Below are positions 36,665 to 47,685 of a stretch of 64,000 bases of DNA, piece by piece. Under the pieces are notes generated by a model. It was not told the origin of the DNA. It did no database searches and was given only the letters and a program-made list of their open reading frames with translations. The stretch comes from Felis catus. Taxonomy: Eukaryota. Both the position numbers and the translations under genes were made by a program. Every line of letters begins with the position of its first letter. Within the stretch, counting starts at the first letter, position 1. The stretch lies in the NCBI RefSeq assembly GCF_018350175.1, contig NC_058368.1, positions 24,802,001 to 24,866,000 on the forward strand, in the 5' to 3' direction.

Positions 36665-37889
36665 AAGAAAATAGTAGATGGCTCTCTTTCTGGGACAAGT
36701 TTGCCTACCGTCTTGCCTAGAAACTGGGAGGGAACTGGATCGGCGTGCCTTGAGCTGTACACGGAGGCATGTCAGAAAGGAGATCCCATGTGCAGCTCGC
36801 CAACTGCCCTGCTCTGCGCTGAGCGGCCGAGCCGTGGGCATCTGCCTTGCTCAGTGAGGGCAATGCACGAGGCCAGAGCTCTCCCCGCCGCTGAGGTAAG
36901 AGCAGGAGCCGGGAGGGGCAGAGTGGGACCCACCAGGGTGATAGCCCCAGCTCCTGATCACCCCTGCCCCCATTTCTAGGCTCCTTTGAAGCACACCTTC
37001 CCCGGGCCCTAACTGGTGCAGACGCTTACCGGCCAGAGAGTAGACTTTGGGAACTTTTCACACGGAAGGGATTCCGTTTCTCAACTTACAGATGAGGAAA
37101 CGGGGGCCCAGGGAGGCCAAACAGAGCCTGATATCACACGGACGGGCAGTAACCTAGGTCTCCCAAGCCCAAGCTCCACATTTCCTTCCCGTCTCTGCCA
37201 GGTTTTTGGTTGTGGTTTCCTTGGAGATGTACAAGTGTGTAAATTATCTGGGCCTCTTTATTTTATGGCTGGTGACGGTGTTTGCTCTTTGTATGTTTTG
37301 GTAAGTTTCTGTGTTAATTTCTTACTCTTCTTTTCCCCCCTTGCGGTCCTGTTTCACTTGTCCATTTTTGATCTTCGGAGCTTTTCTCGTCGTATTTCAC
37401 CATTTTGCAAGATGTGAGCCATAGTCTCTGTGTCACATTTGAAACCTGACATGTAACTGTGGGCTTCATAGAGCCCGAGGCTTTGTGACCCCCCCTCGCT
37501 TATAGCCCAGCAAGCAGAGCAGTGCTTTGCACACAGACTAGTAGGTGAGGAGAAAGCATGGACGAAGGAACAAACGAGGAATGAATGATGTCTGATATTG
37601 AGGTAACTGAACTGAAGAGTGGGCGATCTATCAGTCCAAAATAATATTCAGCTTTTTGAAAAACAAAACCCAAGGATACCCTGAACTTTCAGTAAGGAAG
37701 GGTCTGGATCTTAAAGTCCTTGTGGTAGAATGTGGAGTGAAGGGATTTTCAAGATGTTAACACCAGGAGAGTCACTGTCTATATATACCCTGGGGAAGGG
37801 GAGGGATGACAAGGCAATGAGGACCTCCCCAGCCCCAGCTTAGAGCATCCCCTTTGCTTGCAAGAGTTTTGTTCTGTGTCACATCCTTC

Positions 37890-38119
37890 CTTCTCTTCTC
37901 TTCTCTTCTCTTCTCTTCTCTTCTCTTCTCTTTTCTTTTCTTTTCTTTTCTTTTCTTTTCTTTTCTTTCTTTTTGAGAGAATACAAGCAGGGAGGGGCAG
38001 AGAGAATCCCCCCATCAGCGCAGAGCCCCGTGCGGGGCTTGATCCCATGAACCATGAGATCATGACCGGAGCCAAAATCAGGAGTCAGAAGTTTAACTAA
38101 CCTAGCCACCCGGGCACCC
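37890..38119 (-). mobile_element. SINEC whose tail expanded into a (CTCTT)n(CTTTT)n pentanucleotide STR
   Basis: TSD CTGTGTCACA(T/C)CCTTC at 37874-37889 and 38121-38136. Confidence 0.9.
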
Positions 38120-39919
38120 ACTGTGTCACACCCTTCATGGCCGTGAGCAGCTCGGTAGAGAAGCAAGGCAGTGTGGGGGCGGGGTGTTGGGGGAGGAAGG
38201 AAGCGGGGAGAAGCAAGGCAGCATGGGGAAGTGGGGAGATGGGCACTCCTTGGTTGGTAACTGAGCTGCGCTCTGTGTGCTGTGTTATATACAGCTTCCA
38301 AAGCCCCTCAACTGTGATCAGACGACAAAGGCCCCCAGAACATCACGTTCACCAGGGTTAGAGTGACCTGGCCTGCCAGCTTCCCATGAGAGTTCACGGG
38401 CCACCCGAGAGAGAGAGCTAGAGAAGAGAGCCACCAGGTCGGTGCCCCTGACCCACTCCTGCACCATGGGGGCAGAGGTGGTAGAGATCCCAGTTCTGTG
38501 CTCTGGGACGGCCCTTGGGCAAATCAGTGTATCTGCAGGGAGAGAGAGAGAGAGAGAGGAAAAAAAGACGATCTAAAGGACATTTTGACTTGACAAAAAG
38601 AATTCGTAAGAGTTCCTCTAAATGGTCCTCTGTATTTGAGGCTGTTTATAATTATTTGGCTTCTGAAAAACAAAGTCCTTGTTAAACTACATTTTCAGAA
38701 TCATCCTTTACGTTAAGCTTTGGAACGTCCTGAAAATGTTCCTGAGAACTTACAGTAAATTACTGGTGGTTACATCCCCTACTTTGTAACATGAAGGGGA
38801 CAGAGTTGTGTGAAGCAGAGCTGCTTCTTTGTCTCGTAGAAGCTTATCATGATGGCTTCTTAAAAACTTATGGGTATGTTATTTTGCTTCAGAGTCTTAG
38901 GTGTTTTATGTTCCTCTTCAGTGAGCGTAGTCTAGCACTAACGATTGCAACATGAGTGACGTTCTCGATTACGCGTTGTTTTGGATTATTAACTGTTCAT
39001 TCACGTATTCGGAATTTGTACAGCTTTCTCTTGGCGCTGTCCTGAAATTATTGAGGCAAAGCTAGGAATCTGGGTCCTGAGTTTCCAGTTTTATTTTACC
39101 CACCGTGTCAAGTTGCAGGAAAAGTAGGACACATTCAAAAAGAGTCCCTTGGCAATGTGATGCCGGGTCACAGATGCCTCCCTGATCCTGGCAGTTATAT
39201 AACTGGGCATCAGTATATCAAACCGAAATACTGACCAGCACACCATTACCACCTCTCAGAAGTGAAGGCAGCCCATGGGCATCTCACTCTAGGCCAGTCA
39301 CCTTTCATCATCCCTTTTGCTGCTTTTCATGACCAGTTAGGAAACCCCTCAGAGAAAATTCAGCCTCCATGGTTGCATTTATTTTAGAGAATGTACTATA
39401 TTTCTTTCTGTAAATCCTACAGCACTGTGTTCTATAGCAACCTCCCACAAATAGTTTCTGTATTCAGATGTTAGGGAACTTGAGTTTAGGTGCTTTTATT
39501 CTTAAGTAGGCATTATCAGAAGTTCTCTTTCACTGCCGATCTGGGAAATACCAGCCTCCTCTAAGCAGAGACTCAAAACTCATTGACCTAAAGAAATGAG
39601 CAGGTTTTGTGGCTTCTGCAACTTGGGGGGTTATTTGGCGTTCTTAGGACTTTGGAAATAATCTTACAAAAATGAACAACCGGTACTTTCTTTGGCCAAA
39701 CGTCTTGGAATTTTAGAGCTATTGATTTAATACATTTAAGTGCTCACAGAAAAAACTGGCAGCCGGATGTGACTTAGATGAATGGCGGGAGTCTGTACTC
39801 TTAGATTTATGATCTGGGCAGTGATTCTAAAACAGGATTCCATAATTCACCCCTGATTTGCGAGATACCTTAAAATGGTTCCTGGGAGGGCATAGTTAGA
39901 TGATGCCGTCATTAATAAG

Positions 39920-40511
39920 GGAGAAAGAAGTTGTGATGTATATACAATGGAATATCATCCAGCCATAGAAAGGAGGAAATCCTACCATTTGTGACAATGT
40001 GGATGGACCTTGAAGGCATGATGCTAAGTGAAAGAGGTCAGACAGCGAAAGGTAAATGCTGCCTGATCTCACTTTTTGTGGAATCTTAAAATACATACAT
40101 ACATACATACATACAACTAGAACTAAGCTTATGGAAGAAGAGATCAGACTTGTGGTTACCAGAGGCAGGTGGTGGGGGAGGAGGAATTGAAGGAAGGTGG
40201 TCAAAAGATACAAACTTCCAGCTGGAAGATCAGTAAGTCCTGGGGATGTGATATACGACCCTGTGGCTGCAGTTAGCCCTTCTGTATGGTATATAGGAGA
40301 ATCGTTGCCAGTAAATCCTAAGAGTTGTCCTCCCAAGGAGAAAAAATTTCCCCCTGTGTTCTTTCCTCTTTCTTTGCTTTTTATTCCGTCTGGATGAGAA
40401 AATGGGTGTTAGCTGAACCTATTCTGATCACATGTCAATCACACCGTCATGCTGTGCACCTGAAACTCACACAGTGATGTTATGTCAAGTATTTCCCAAT
40501 AAAACTGGAAA
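39920..40511 (+). mobile_element. L1 3' UTR fragment (L1MA9/L1_Carn-like)
   Basis: tatacaatggaatatc..cagccat..aaaggaggaaatcct.ccatttgtgacaa.gtggatggaccttgaaggcat.atgctaagtgaa ... tcccaataaaactggaaa. Confidence 0.85.
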
Positions 40512-41472
40512 CAACGAAAGGGGGGCCCCACTTAACGCAGGAGCAGTAGAGTGGAAACTGGAAGGAACGTGTTTTCCTCAAACCCTCGTTTCAGGCTCTA
40601 AATGCCTCAGTACATCCCACTCCTGCAGCGACCTCTCTGGGGACTGTGGCCAGTGTGGGGCCAGCAATTTGCAAACTGAAACCCTAACTTACTATCCTTA
40701 TGAATCTGACTAACGTTAATACCACCCGTGCCTTCAAGTGGGCACAAAGTGGGTACATGTTTTCCAGGCAAACGCATCAATAGACTGTGTAAAGCACCTC
40801 AGATTTGATTCTAACCCCAGCGATACCCTTCTTAGAAATGGTCTGATCTGCATGGTGTTAATGACCTCCTCTTCCCGCTCCTCCGCTTTGTGAACGTGGT
40901 GCCATTTGCACGTTCAGTTCAATTAGTTAAAGGGTCTCCTCTCAGCTATGGACCTTAATAGGCCCTATTGATGGTCCCTTCATCCTTCGCCTGCTCTGCT
41001 CACCAGCAACTACATTTAGAACTCTAGAACTTGGACAGAGACATGGCCTTTAATCTCATTGAAACCGTAGTGCTCTGATCTCGAGAACGAAGGAGTTGTA
41101 ATAAATTATTCCTTAAGTTCCTCCTGCCTCTACGAGTTGGCTTGTGTCTCCAAGACTTACTGCCCATTTTGACAGAACAAGAGACCCTCTCCAGGTGTGT
41201 ATTTGTGTTGGGGCCCCCACACAAGGCAGCATCATAGTAACTCGGGCTGTTGACCGTTGCTTCTCCAGTGCACCTTTTAAAGGAATTTTCCTCTGGCTCT
41301 CAAACCACTCAGGGATTTGGGAACCTTAAAATGTGAGGGCTGTCTCACTCTACGGCTTCTCTAAGTTGATCTTCCCCGTTTATAAATCTCTTTGAAAAAA
41401 TACAGTTATCCAGATGCCCAGGTTTTTCATCTTGACCTACTTGCAATGGTGCTTAAAAACCACATGGTTTTA

Positions 41473-41722
41473 GGGGCGCCTGGGTGGCGCAGTCGGTTAA
41501 GCGTCCGACTTCAGCCAGGTCACGATCTCGCGGTCCATGAGTTCGAGCCCCGCATCAGGCTCTGGGCTGATGGCTCGGAGCCTGGAGCCTGCTTCCAATT
41601 CTGTGTCTCCCTCTCTCTCTGCCCCTCCCCCGTTCATGCTCTGTCTCTCTCTGTCCCAAAAATGAATAAGACGTTAAAAAAAATTAATTTAAAAAAATTT
41701 AAAAAATAAAATAAAATAAATA
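41473..41722 (+). mobile_element. SINEC_Fc, young subfamily (no TSD seen)
   Basis: Near-consensus body; compound A-rich tail. Confidence 0.95.
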
Positions 41723-42087
41723 ATTACCCAGGAAGTGGGAGAGTAGAGGCAGGGGAGCATTTGAGTTTCTTCAGCCAGCGCCTCTCAGAGTTGTTATTTT
41801 GTCTTGTTTGCTTCAACCTACATGTAAAGCTTCTGTTAACAAAGGATTTGGGGGGAAACCAAAGTTTGACGCCACCAATATGTGTACATAACAAAAGAGT
41901 AAGTTGGTGGATAAGGCAAATTGAGCGTAAGGCATTTTTGAACTATAGATCTAAGTGTTAAGCTTGATTCCCTTTTTATGTGGTTGTTGATTGGTTGGCA
42001 CCGAGAACAAGTATAGCACTATAAAATGCTGTGAAAACATAGAAAAGGAAATTCATTTAAAGTAATATCCTGTAACAAATGTGAAAT

Positions 42088-42291
42088 ATGTTTTTTAAAT
42101 GTTTGTTTATTTTTGAGAGAGAGAGAGAGAGAGCAGGGCAGGGGCAGGGAGAGAGGGAGACAGAGAATCGCAAGCAGGCTCCACGCTGTCCGCGGCAGAG
42201 CTGGATGTGGGGCTCAGTCCCATGAACCATGAGATCATGACCTGAGCTGAAATCAAGAGTCAGACGCTTAACTGACTGAGCCACCCAGGCA
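42088..42291 (-). mobile_element. SINEC
   Basis: Ends in CTGAGCCACCCAGGCA. Confidence 0.9.
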
Positions 42292-42512
42292 TTTCACAGA
42301 TGTAACATATTTGCAAAACATCAGTAACTTCACTGAAATGCTCAAATTATAATTACATGTAAAAATACCCCATCATCCGCACTCCCACCCTGCTTATCCC
42401 TTCACCACCAGGAAATCCAGCAAGCTTTAGTGGAACTGCAATTTGAAATATTCTGGTGTGGATGAGCTAGGGGCATGGAGAATATAATCCGTTTTCTGTT
42501 TCATTCTCTTTC

Positions 42513-42531
42513 TACCCACTAGAGGGCAGCA
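42513..42531 (+). promoter_or_regulatory. CTCF motif
   Basis: TACCCACTAGAGGGCAGCA matches the core CCACYAGRGGGCRSY; motif only, binding not shown. Confidence 0.65.
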
Positions 42532-42809
42532 ATAAAGCACAGGGAAGGGGAAATTAACTCCAGCGCTGGCATTTAAGTTTCCCAGCAAGACTAGCCTTTC
42601 CGAAAACAAGAACACCTAGAAAGTCCCTGAGATTCCCACATATGAATTATTAGAGGGTCAGGTTCCCTTCCCCTTTCCCTCAATATTGAGAGAACTTTGA
42701 AAACTCCCGTTGAAGTTATAAAAGTTACCTGTTGGCTTGGCCAAACATACTAATTGTAAATGTGAACATGACATCATCTCTAAAAAAGGCATTTATGTAA
42801 AAGTTAAGT

Positions 42810-43325
42810 GTTATAGTTGTATATTTCCATGCAGCACATGACTCCAAGACTTAGCGATTTACCACAACAGCCATTTTACCGTATCTCTTGATTCTGTTCA
42901 TTGGGCACAGCTGGGTGGTTTTTCTGTTTTGTGTGATTTGACGGGGGACCGTGGACATCTAGGGTCTCAAATTAGCTGGAATGTCCAAAGTAGCCTACTC
43001 CGTGTGTAATTGTAAAAGATCCGCGTGTAGAATTTTTGGTGCCTGGCGGTTGAGGGTAGCTGTCAGCTGGGAGCCCAGCAGGGACAGGTGAGCAGAGTAC
43101 CCGGTCCTTTGTTGGCTTCTTCATGCAGCTTGGGACATCTCAGAGCATGGCACTTGGTTTCCAAGAGGGAATATCCTAAGACTGAGCATTCCCAAAGGAA
43201 GGAGCCAGAAGGTTCCAGTCCCAGACATGGCTCCTGCTGCCTCCTCAATGGTCAGAGCAGACACAGGGTCAGCCCAGGTTCAAGGGGAGGGAATCAGCTC
43301 CGGCTCCTGATGTGGAACAGTCTGT
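42810..43325 (-). mobile_element. MaLR MLT1 (G/H/J-like) LTR
   Basis: ccaagacttagcgatttaccacaac...ctggaatgtccaaag...gtcagctggga...catgg...ttccaagag...cagcccaggttcaaggggaggg. Confidence 0.65.
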
Positions 43326-43564
43326 AGACCCAGGGAGAGGAGGGAGTGGTGAGGGCCAATTGGAGGCCACGTGGACGGTTAAGAATGAGGTCATTTCTTA
43401 CATATGGGGAAGATATGTATAAATCGGGAGGGATACGGAGGGATATTGTCTTCATTTGATAAATGGAAATTGCTGCTTACTGTGGTCCTTTAAGAGTTAA
43501 GACGCACGGAAGTCATTCCTTATGTTCTTCTCCTTCCTCAGATCTGTTGCCGAAAGCAATAAAA

Positions 43565-43628
43565 ATGGCCAGAGGATCAGTGTCCGATGAAGAAATGATG
43601 GAGCTCAGAGAAGCTTTTGCCAAAGTTG
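43565..43628 (+). CDS. LCP1: LCP1 exon 2, coding part (exon starts 43542); MARGSVSDEEMMELREAFAKV, includes Ser5/Ser7
   Basis: Acceptor ttcctcag|ATCTG; ATG in strong context (A at -3, G at +4); donor G|GTGAG; 64 nt. Confidence 0.97.
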
Positions 43629-44213
43629 GTGAGCAGGCCTGCCGCTCAAGTCGCATGATTCTCCTCTTTGCTGAGTAGCTTCAGGACAGATTCAGTGAAT
43701 CGGTAACATGAGCCAAATAGCGGAAGTGAAAGGAATACAGCGGTATTGGTTAGAGGAGCTGAGGGAACTTAATTTTGAAACATCTGCTTTAGGAAGATGG
43801 CTTCTTTCTCTATCAAAACATGGACTATGGACCCTCTCACCCCTGCCTCTTTTCTCATAGTCTTATCTGGTCTGATTTCCTTGGTTTCCTTGGTTTTTCT
43901 GCTATTCCATACTCTGGCTTTGTATCTCTAAGCTTGTGATGTATTTTCCCGTCTCTTTCTGTAAAAGTCTCTTCAGATTCTGTTGCCAGAACCTCTGCTG
44001 TGACGTGATGACGCGTGGATGTTGGAAGTGACGCTAATGCCCCTCCCCGGTAGAAACAGGCCTCTTGCGAGACTCTGACTCTCGCATCGGGTCAGGCTGC
44101 GACCCCCGAATGATTGCCCCTACAGCCCACTCACCTCCTGTCTCGCCTTCCCCCACCTCTTTATCCTGTTTCCTGAACTGCCTTGAAATTTCAAGTCCTC
44201 TCTTGCCTTGCAG

Positions 44214-44377
44214 ATACCGATGGCAATGGGTACATCAGCTGCAATGAGTTGAATGATTTGTTCAAGGCTGCTTGCCTGCCTCTGCCTGGGTACAAAGTGA
44301 GAGAAATTACAGAAAACCTGATGGCTACAGGTGATCTGGACCAGGATGGGAGGATCAGCTTTGACGAGTTTATCAAG
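44214..44377 (+). CDS. LCP1: LCP1 exon 3, EF-hand loops [12 protein letters not shown] and [12 protein letters not shown]
   Basis: ttgcag|AT ... AAG|gtgggt; 164 nt; frame continuous with exon 2. Confidence 0.97.
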
Positions 44378-44545
44378 GTGGGTATGAGGCAGGACGCACG
44401 GAGATGCGTTTGAAGCTTGGAGCCTCAATCTGAGAAATATCCAGAAATGGATTCCCACCCTCCCCGCCTCACTATTACATATTCTTCCCTTTGGGATTCT
44501 CTTGATCACAGATTGGGTTTCTAAAGATACATTCCATTTTTGCAG

Positions 44546-44675
44546 GTTTTCCACGGCCTGAAAAGCACAGAGGTTGCCAAGACCTTTAGGAAGGCGATCA
44601 ACAAGAAGGAAGGCATCTGTGCCATCGGTGGTACTTCGGAGCAGTCCAGCGTCGGCACCCAGCACTCGTATTCAG
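44546..44675 (+). CDS. LCP1: LCP1 exon 4 ([43 protein letters not shown])
   Basis: tttgcag|GTT ... TCAG|gtgcg; 130 nt. Confidence 0.97.
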
Positions 44676-44968
44676 GTGCGCTGTCCCAGCGGAAGTGGGG
44701 AGGGTGCTGGCGCGAGGAGAGACTGGGGGGTAGCGGGAGAGGGAGCCATATGGAAAGGATCCGTGCCTTCTGGGGCTCCACATTCTAAACTCGGTGTTAA
44801 ACCTAAGGGGTGCAAACCGACACAGAAGCCAACGCGAGTGTATTGACTACTGCCTGTTTCCCTGTGGTTGGCGAGCTAATTCCAGGGACGTGATGGAGGA
44901 GGAGCCATCCTAGTTCTAGGTAGAGTCCAATACCAAGTCATCTCAACAGCATTTAAAAAATACATTGA

Positions 44969-45010
44969 ATGGAAACCAATTTGACAATAAACTTCATGTA
45001 TTGAAAGAAA
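44969..45010 (+). mobile_element. Ultra-short (about 40 bp) L1_Fc-type 3' terminus
   Basis: ATGGAAACCAATTTGACAATAAACTTCATGTATTGAAAGAAA; the same terminus occurs in the L1 at about 51664-51709. Confidence 0.7.
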
Positions 45011-45025
45011 AATACATGGAGGCTG

Positions 45026-45351
45026 GAGGGTATTATGCTAAATGAAATTAGTCAGTGAGAGAAAGACAAATGTCACATGACTTCACTCATACGAGGACTT
45101 TAAGAGACAAAACAGATGAACATAAGGGAAGGGAAACAAAAATAGTATAAAAACAGGGAGGGGGACAAAATGGCACAGACTCATAAACATGGAGAACAAA
45201 CAGAGGGTTACTGGAGGGGCTGTGGGAGGGGGGCTGGGCTAAATGGGGAAGGGGCATTAAAGAATCTATTCCTGAAATCATTGTTGCACTGTATGCTAAC
45301 TAATTTGGATGTGAATTTTAAAAAATTAAATAAATAAATAAATAAGTAAAT
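45026..45351 (+). mobile_element. Carnivore/felid L1 3' fragment
   Basis: gggtattatgctaaatgaaattagtcag..agagaaagacaa...cataagggaagggaa...ttgttgcactgtatgctaactaa; TSD AATACAT(G/T)GAGGCTG. Confidence 0.88.
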
Positions 45352-46350
45352 AATACATTGAGGCTGACAGAATTCCTTTATAAATCTTTTGGATAAAATG
45401 AACTATTCAGGCTTTTATCTCCTCCACACTTCATGATTATTCTCGATGCCTACTGATGGGTCAAGAATATTATGTTTTTACTGATTTGGAAGGAAGCTGT
45501 GTATTTATTTTACAGGCTGCCATCCAACAGCCCTAATGGAAACTATGAAAAATTCAAACGGTACAGCAATCCAACGAATCCCAAACTGAGTTCTTTAACA
45601 CGTTAGTGGATCTTAAAGATACGTTCATGGTTAGGTACCATTTGTGATTGTGAAGGCAGTGTTTAACCTTTTACTTTTAAATACAGAAATCATATAAATA
45701 TGCATTATGAATATTCAAGACAACGAAGACTCGAACTTTGGTGACTCGGGATTCTTCTGTGTTTTCAGTGACACACAATTTGGGAAACACCGTACTGGGC
45801 TGTAAGGCATAGCGTGAGGCTTCATTAAAACTTCTGAAATCAACTTCTGGCAGCTTTATTGATAAGAAAGAAAGATTATATCACACAGGATTTTATTTCA
45901 TAACAATTATATACAGAAGCTCAAAGATTTTGTAGGGATTATCTGTGATCATCTCACTTTTAAATTGGCTGGGCTGAAGGCAGCCGCTGAGTTTTATCCT
46001 GTAAGCATTAGATCACATTCATATTTAAATTGTATCTAAATATAAATAAAATATATCTCTAACATTTACAAATATAGTTACATATTATATATCTATTATA
46101 TCTAATATATAATAATTAGATATTATTAAACCTGCTTGCCATATGTTTTATGACTTGGAGTGAATAGAGGTCCTGTGCCTGGTCCCCAAGTCACTGAGAT
46201 TTTTCAGTGTCAATGAACGTAAGATGGTAGGATAAGGGACCAGATAGCATCTCAATGGCTCTCCTGGGCATGGCAATCTGAGATCCATGTACATAATTTT
46301 ATGCCAGATTTTCACTTTGCAAATAAGCCATTTTTATCATTTACTTGCAG

Positions 46351-46483
46351 AGGAAGAGAAGTTTGCCTTTGTCAACTGGATAAACAAAGCCCTGGAAAAT
46401 GACCCCGACTGTCGACATGTTATCCCAATGAATCCAAACACAAATGATCTCTTCAGTGCCGTGGGAGATGGCATTGTCCTTTG
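46351..46483 (+). CDS. LCP1: LCP1 exon 5, start of CH1 ([21 protein letters not shown]...GDGIVLC)
   Basis: ttgcag|AG ... TG|gtaaat; 133 nt. Confidence 0.97.
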
Positions 46484-47479
46484 GTAAATAACGCTTCCTT
46501 CCTGGTTTCTAAGACCTTGCTGGAATTTTCTGGAATACCAGCAGTTCATTGTCTTTATCCTAGGCCAGCGTCCTTTGGCGCTCAGCGGGACTTGAAATGC
46601 TTTCTGCACTTGCACTTGGCAGGTCCCGGAAAGCAAACTAATTTCACAAGCAACTTATAATGAGACACGTAAAGCTGCTGTTGCTTGGTTGGAGGGGAGG
46701 GATGCACAGTATACAGACAAACAAACGCAGGTGGAGATACAATAATACAAGGTCAAAAGCAATTACTTTTGGAACATATGCCACTTGGCTTCATCTGAAA
46801 GCACCTAGATTCAGAATAGCAGCGTGATGATTGAAGCAACCCAGTGCTAGTCCTTATGCAGAGACTTTTGAGTGGTACGTACCAACATGCATTTCAAATG
46901 CTGAGGACACCTGGAGAAAGAGGAATGCATTCTGCTTGCGGAAGGCCTCTACAGCAATTGGTCCTCATGGTGTCTTTGAAATACTTCTGTAGCTCTTGCT
47001 TTAGCAGTTTCTAATGCCATTGTAAGACACGGTATTAATGAAAGAAAGGGCTTGGAATAGCCAATCCCAGGTGAGCTCAGGAGTTGAAGGGAAGGATGGA
47101 TGGGCAAGATTTAAAACCCCCTCTTCCCTGCTCTGGGCAGAGCAATTCTGCTTTCGGTATTTGATTTATTAGAGTTCACCATGAGATTTCATTTTTAAAA
47201 ATTTCAACTGCCAAAAAAAAAAAGACGTAAACAATGTAGGCAGGAGCAAATCCTAATTCCTTCGGTTGGCCCGCAAAGCACCCCATCATCTTCCCTCAGT
47301 CTCCTGCTAGCTTTACCTCCCAAGACCCCCATGACTCAGGGACCCAGCGTGGGACACTGAGTGAATGGCTGCGGGAATGGCTACATCAGCAACCATACTT
47401 ACTCTTCCCCGTACACGTCCTGCTCGTAACTGTAACTGGCTTTGCCTTTTATTCTCCTTTTTAAGAATGCCTTTCCATG

Positions 47480-47685
47480 GGGGCGCCTTGGTGGCTCGGT
47501 TGGTTAAGCATCTGACTCTTGGTTTTGGCTTAGGTCACGATCTCATGGTTCGTGAGATCAAGCCCCACGTCGAGCTCTGTGCTGACAGTGCAGAGCCGGC
47601 TTGGGATTCTGTCTGTCTCTGTCCCTTTGCTGTTCACACACACTCTACCTCAAAATAAACATACTCTAAAAAAAAAAAAAAAAAA
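47480..47685 (+). mobile_element. SINEC in intron 5
   Basis: Head GGGGCGCCTTGGTGGCTC; poly-A; degenerate TSD AAGAATGCC(T/C)TTCC. Confidence 0.92.

Noticed and set aside
43558..43563. AATAAA directly before the start codon as a premature polyA signal
   Set aside because: It is part of the A-rich Kozak context also recalled from human; the nearby donor should suppress it and there is no clear downstream GU-rich element.
44120..44665. 181-aa antisense ORF over exons 3-4 (also 50872-51174 and 56738-57070)
   Set aside because: Shadow ORFs opposite coding exons with no independent support.
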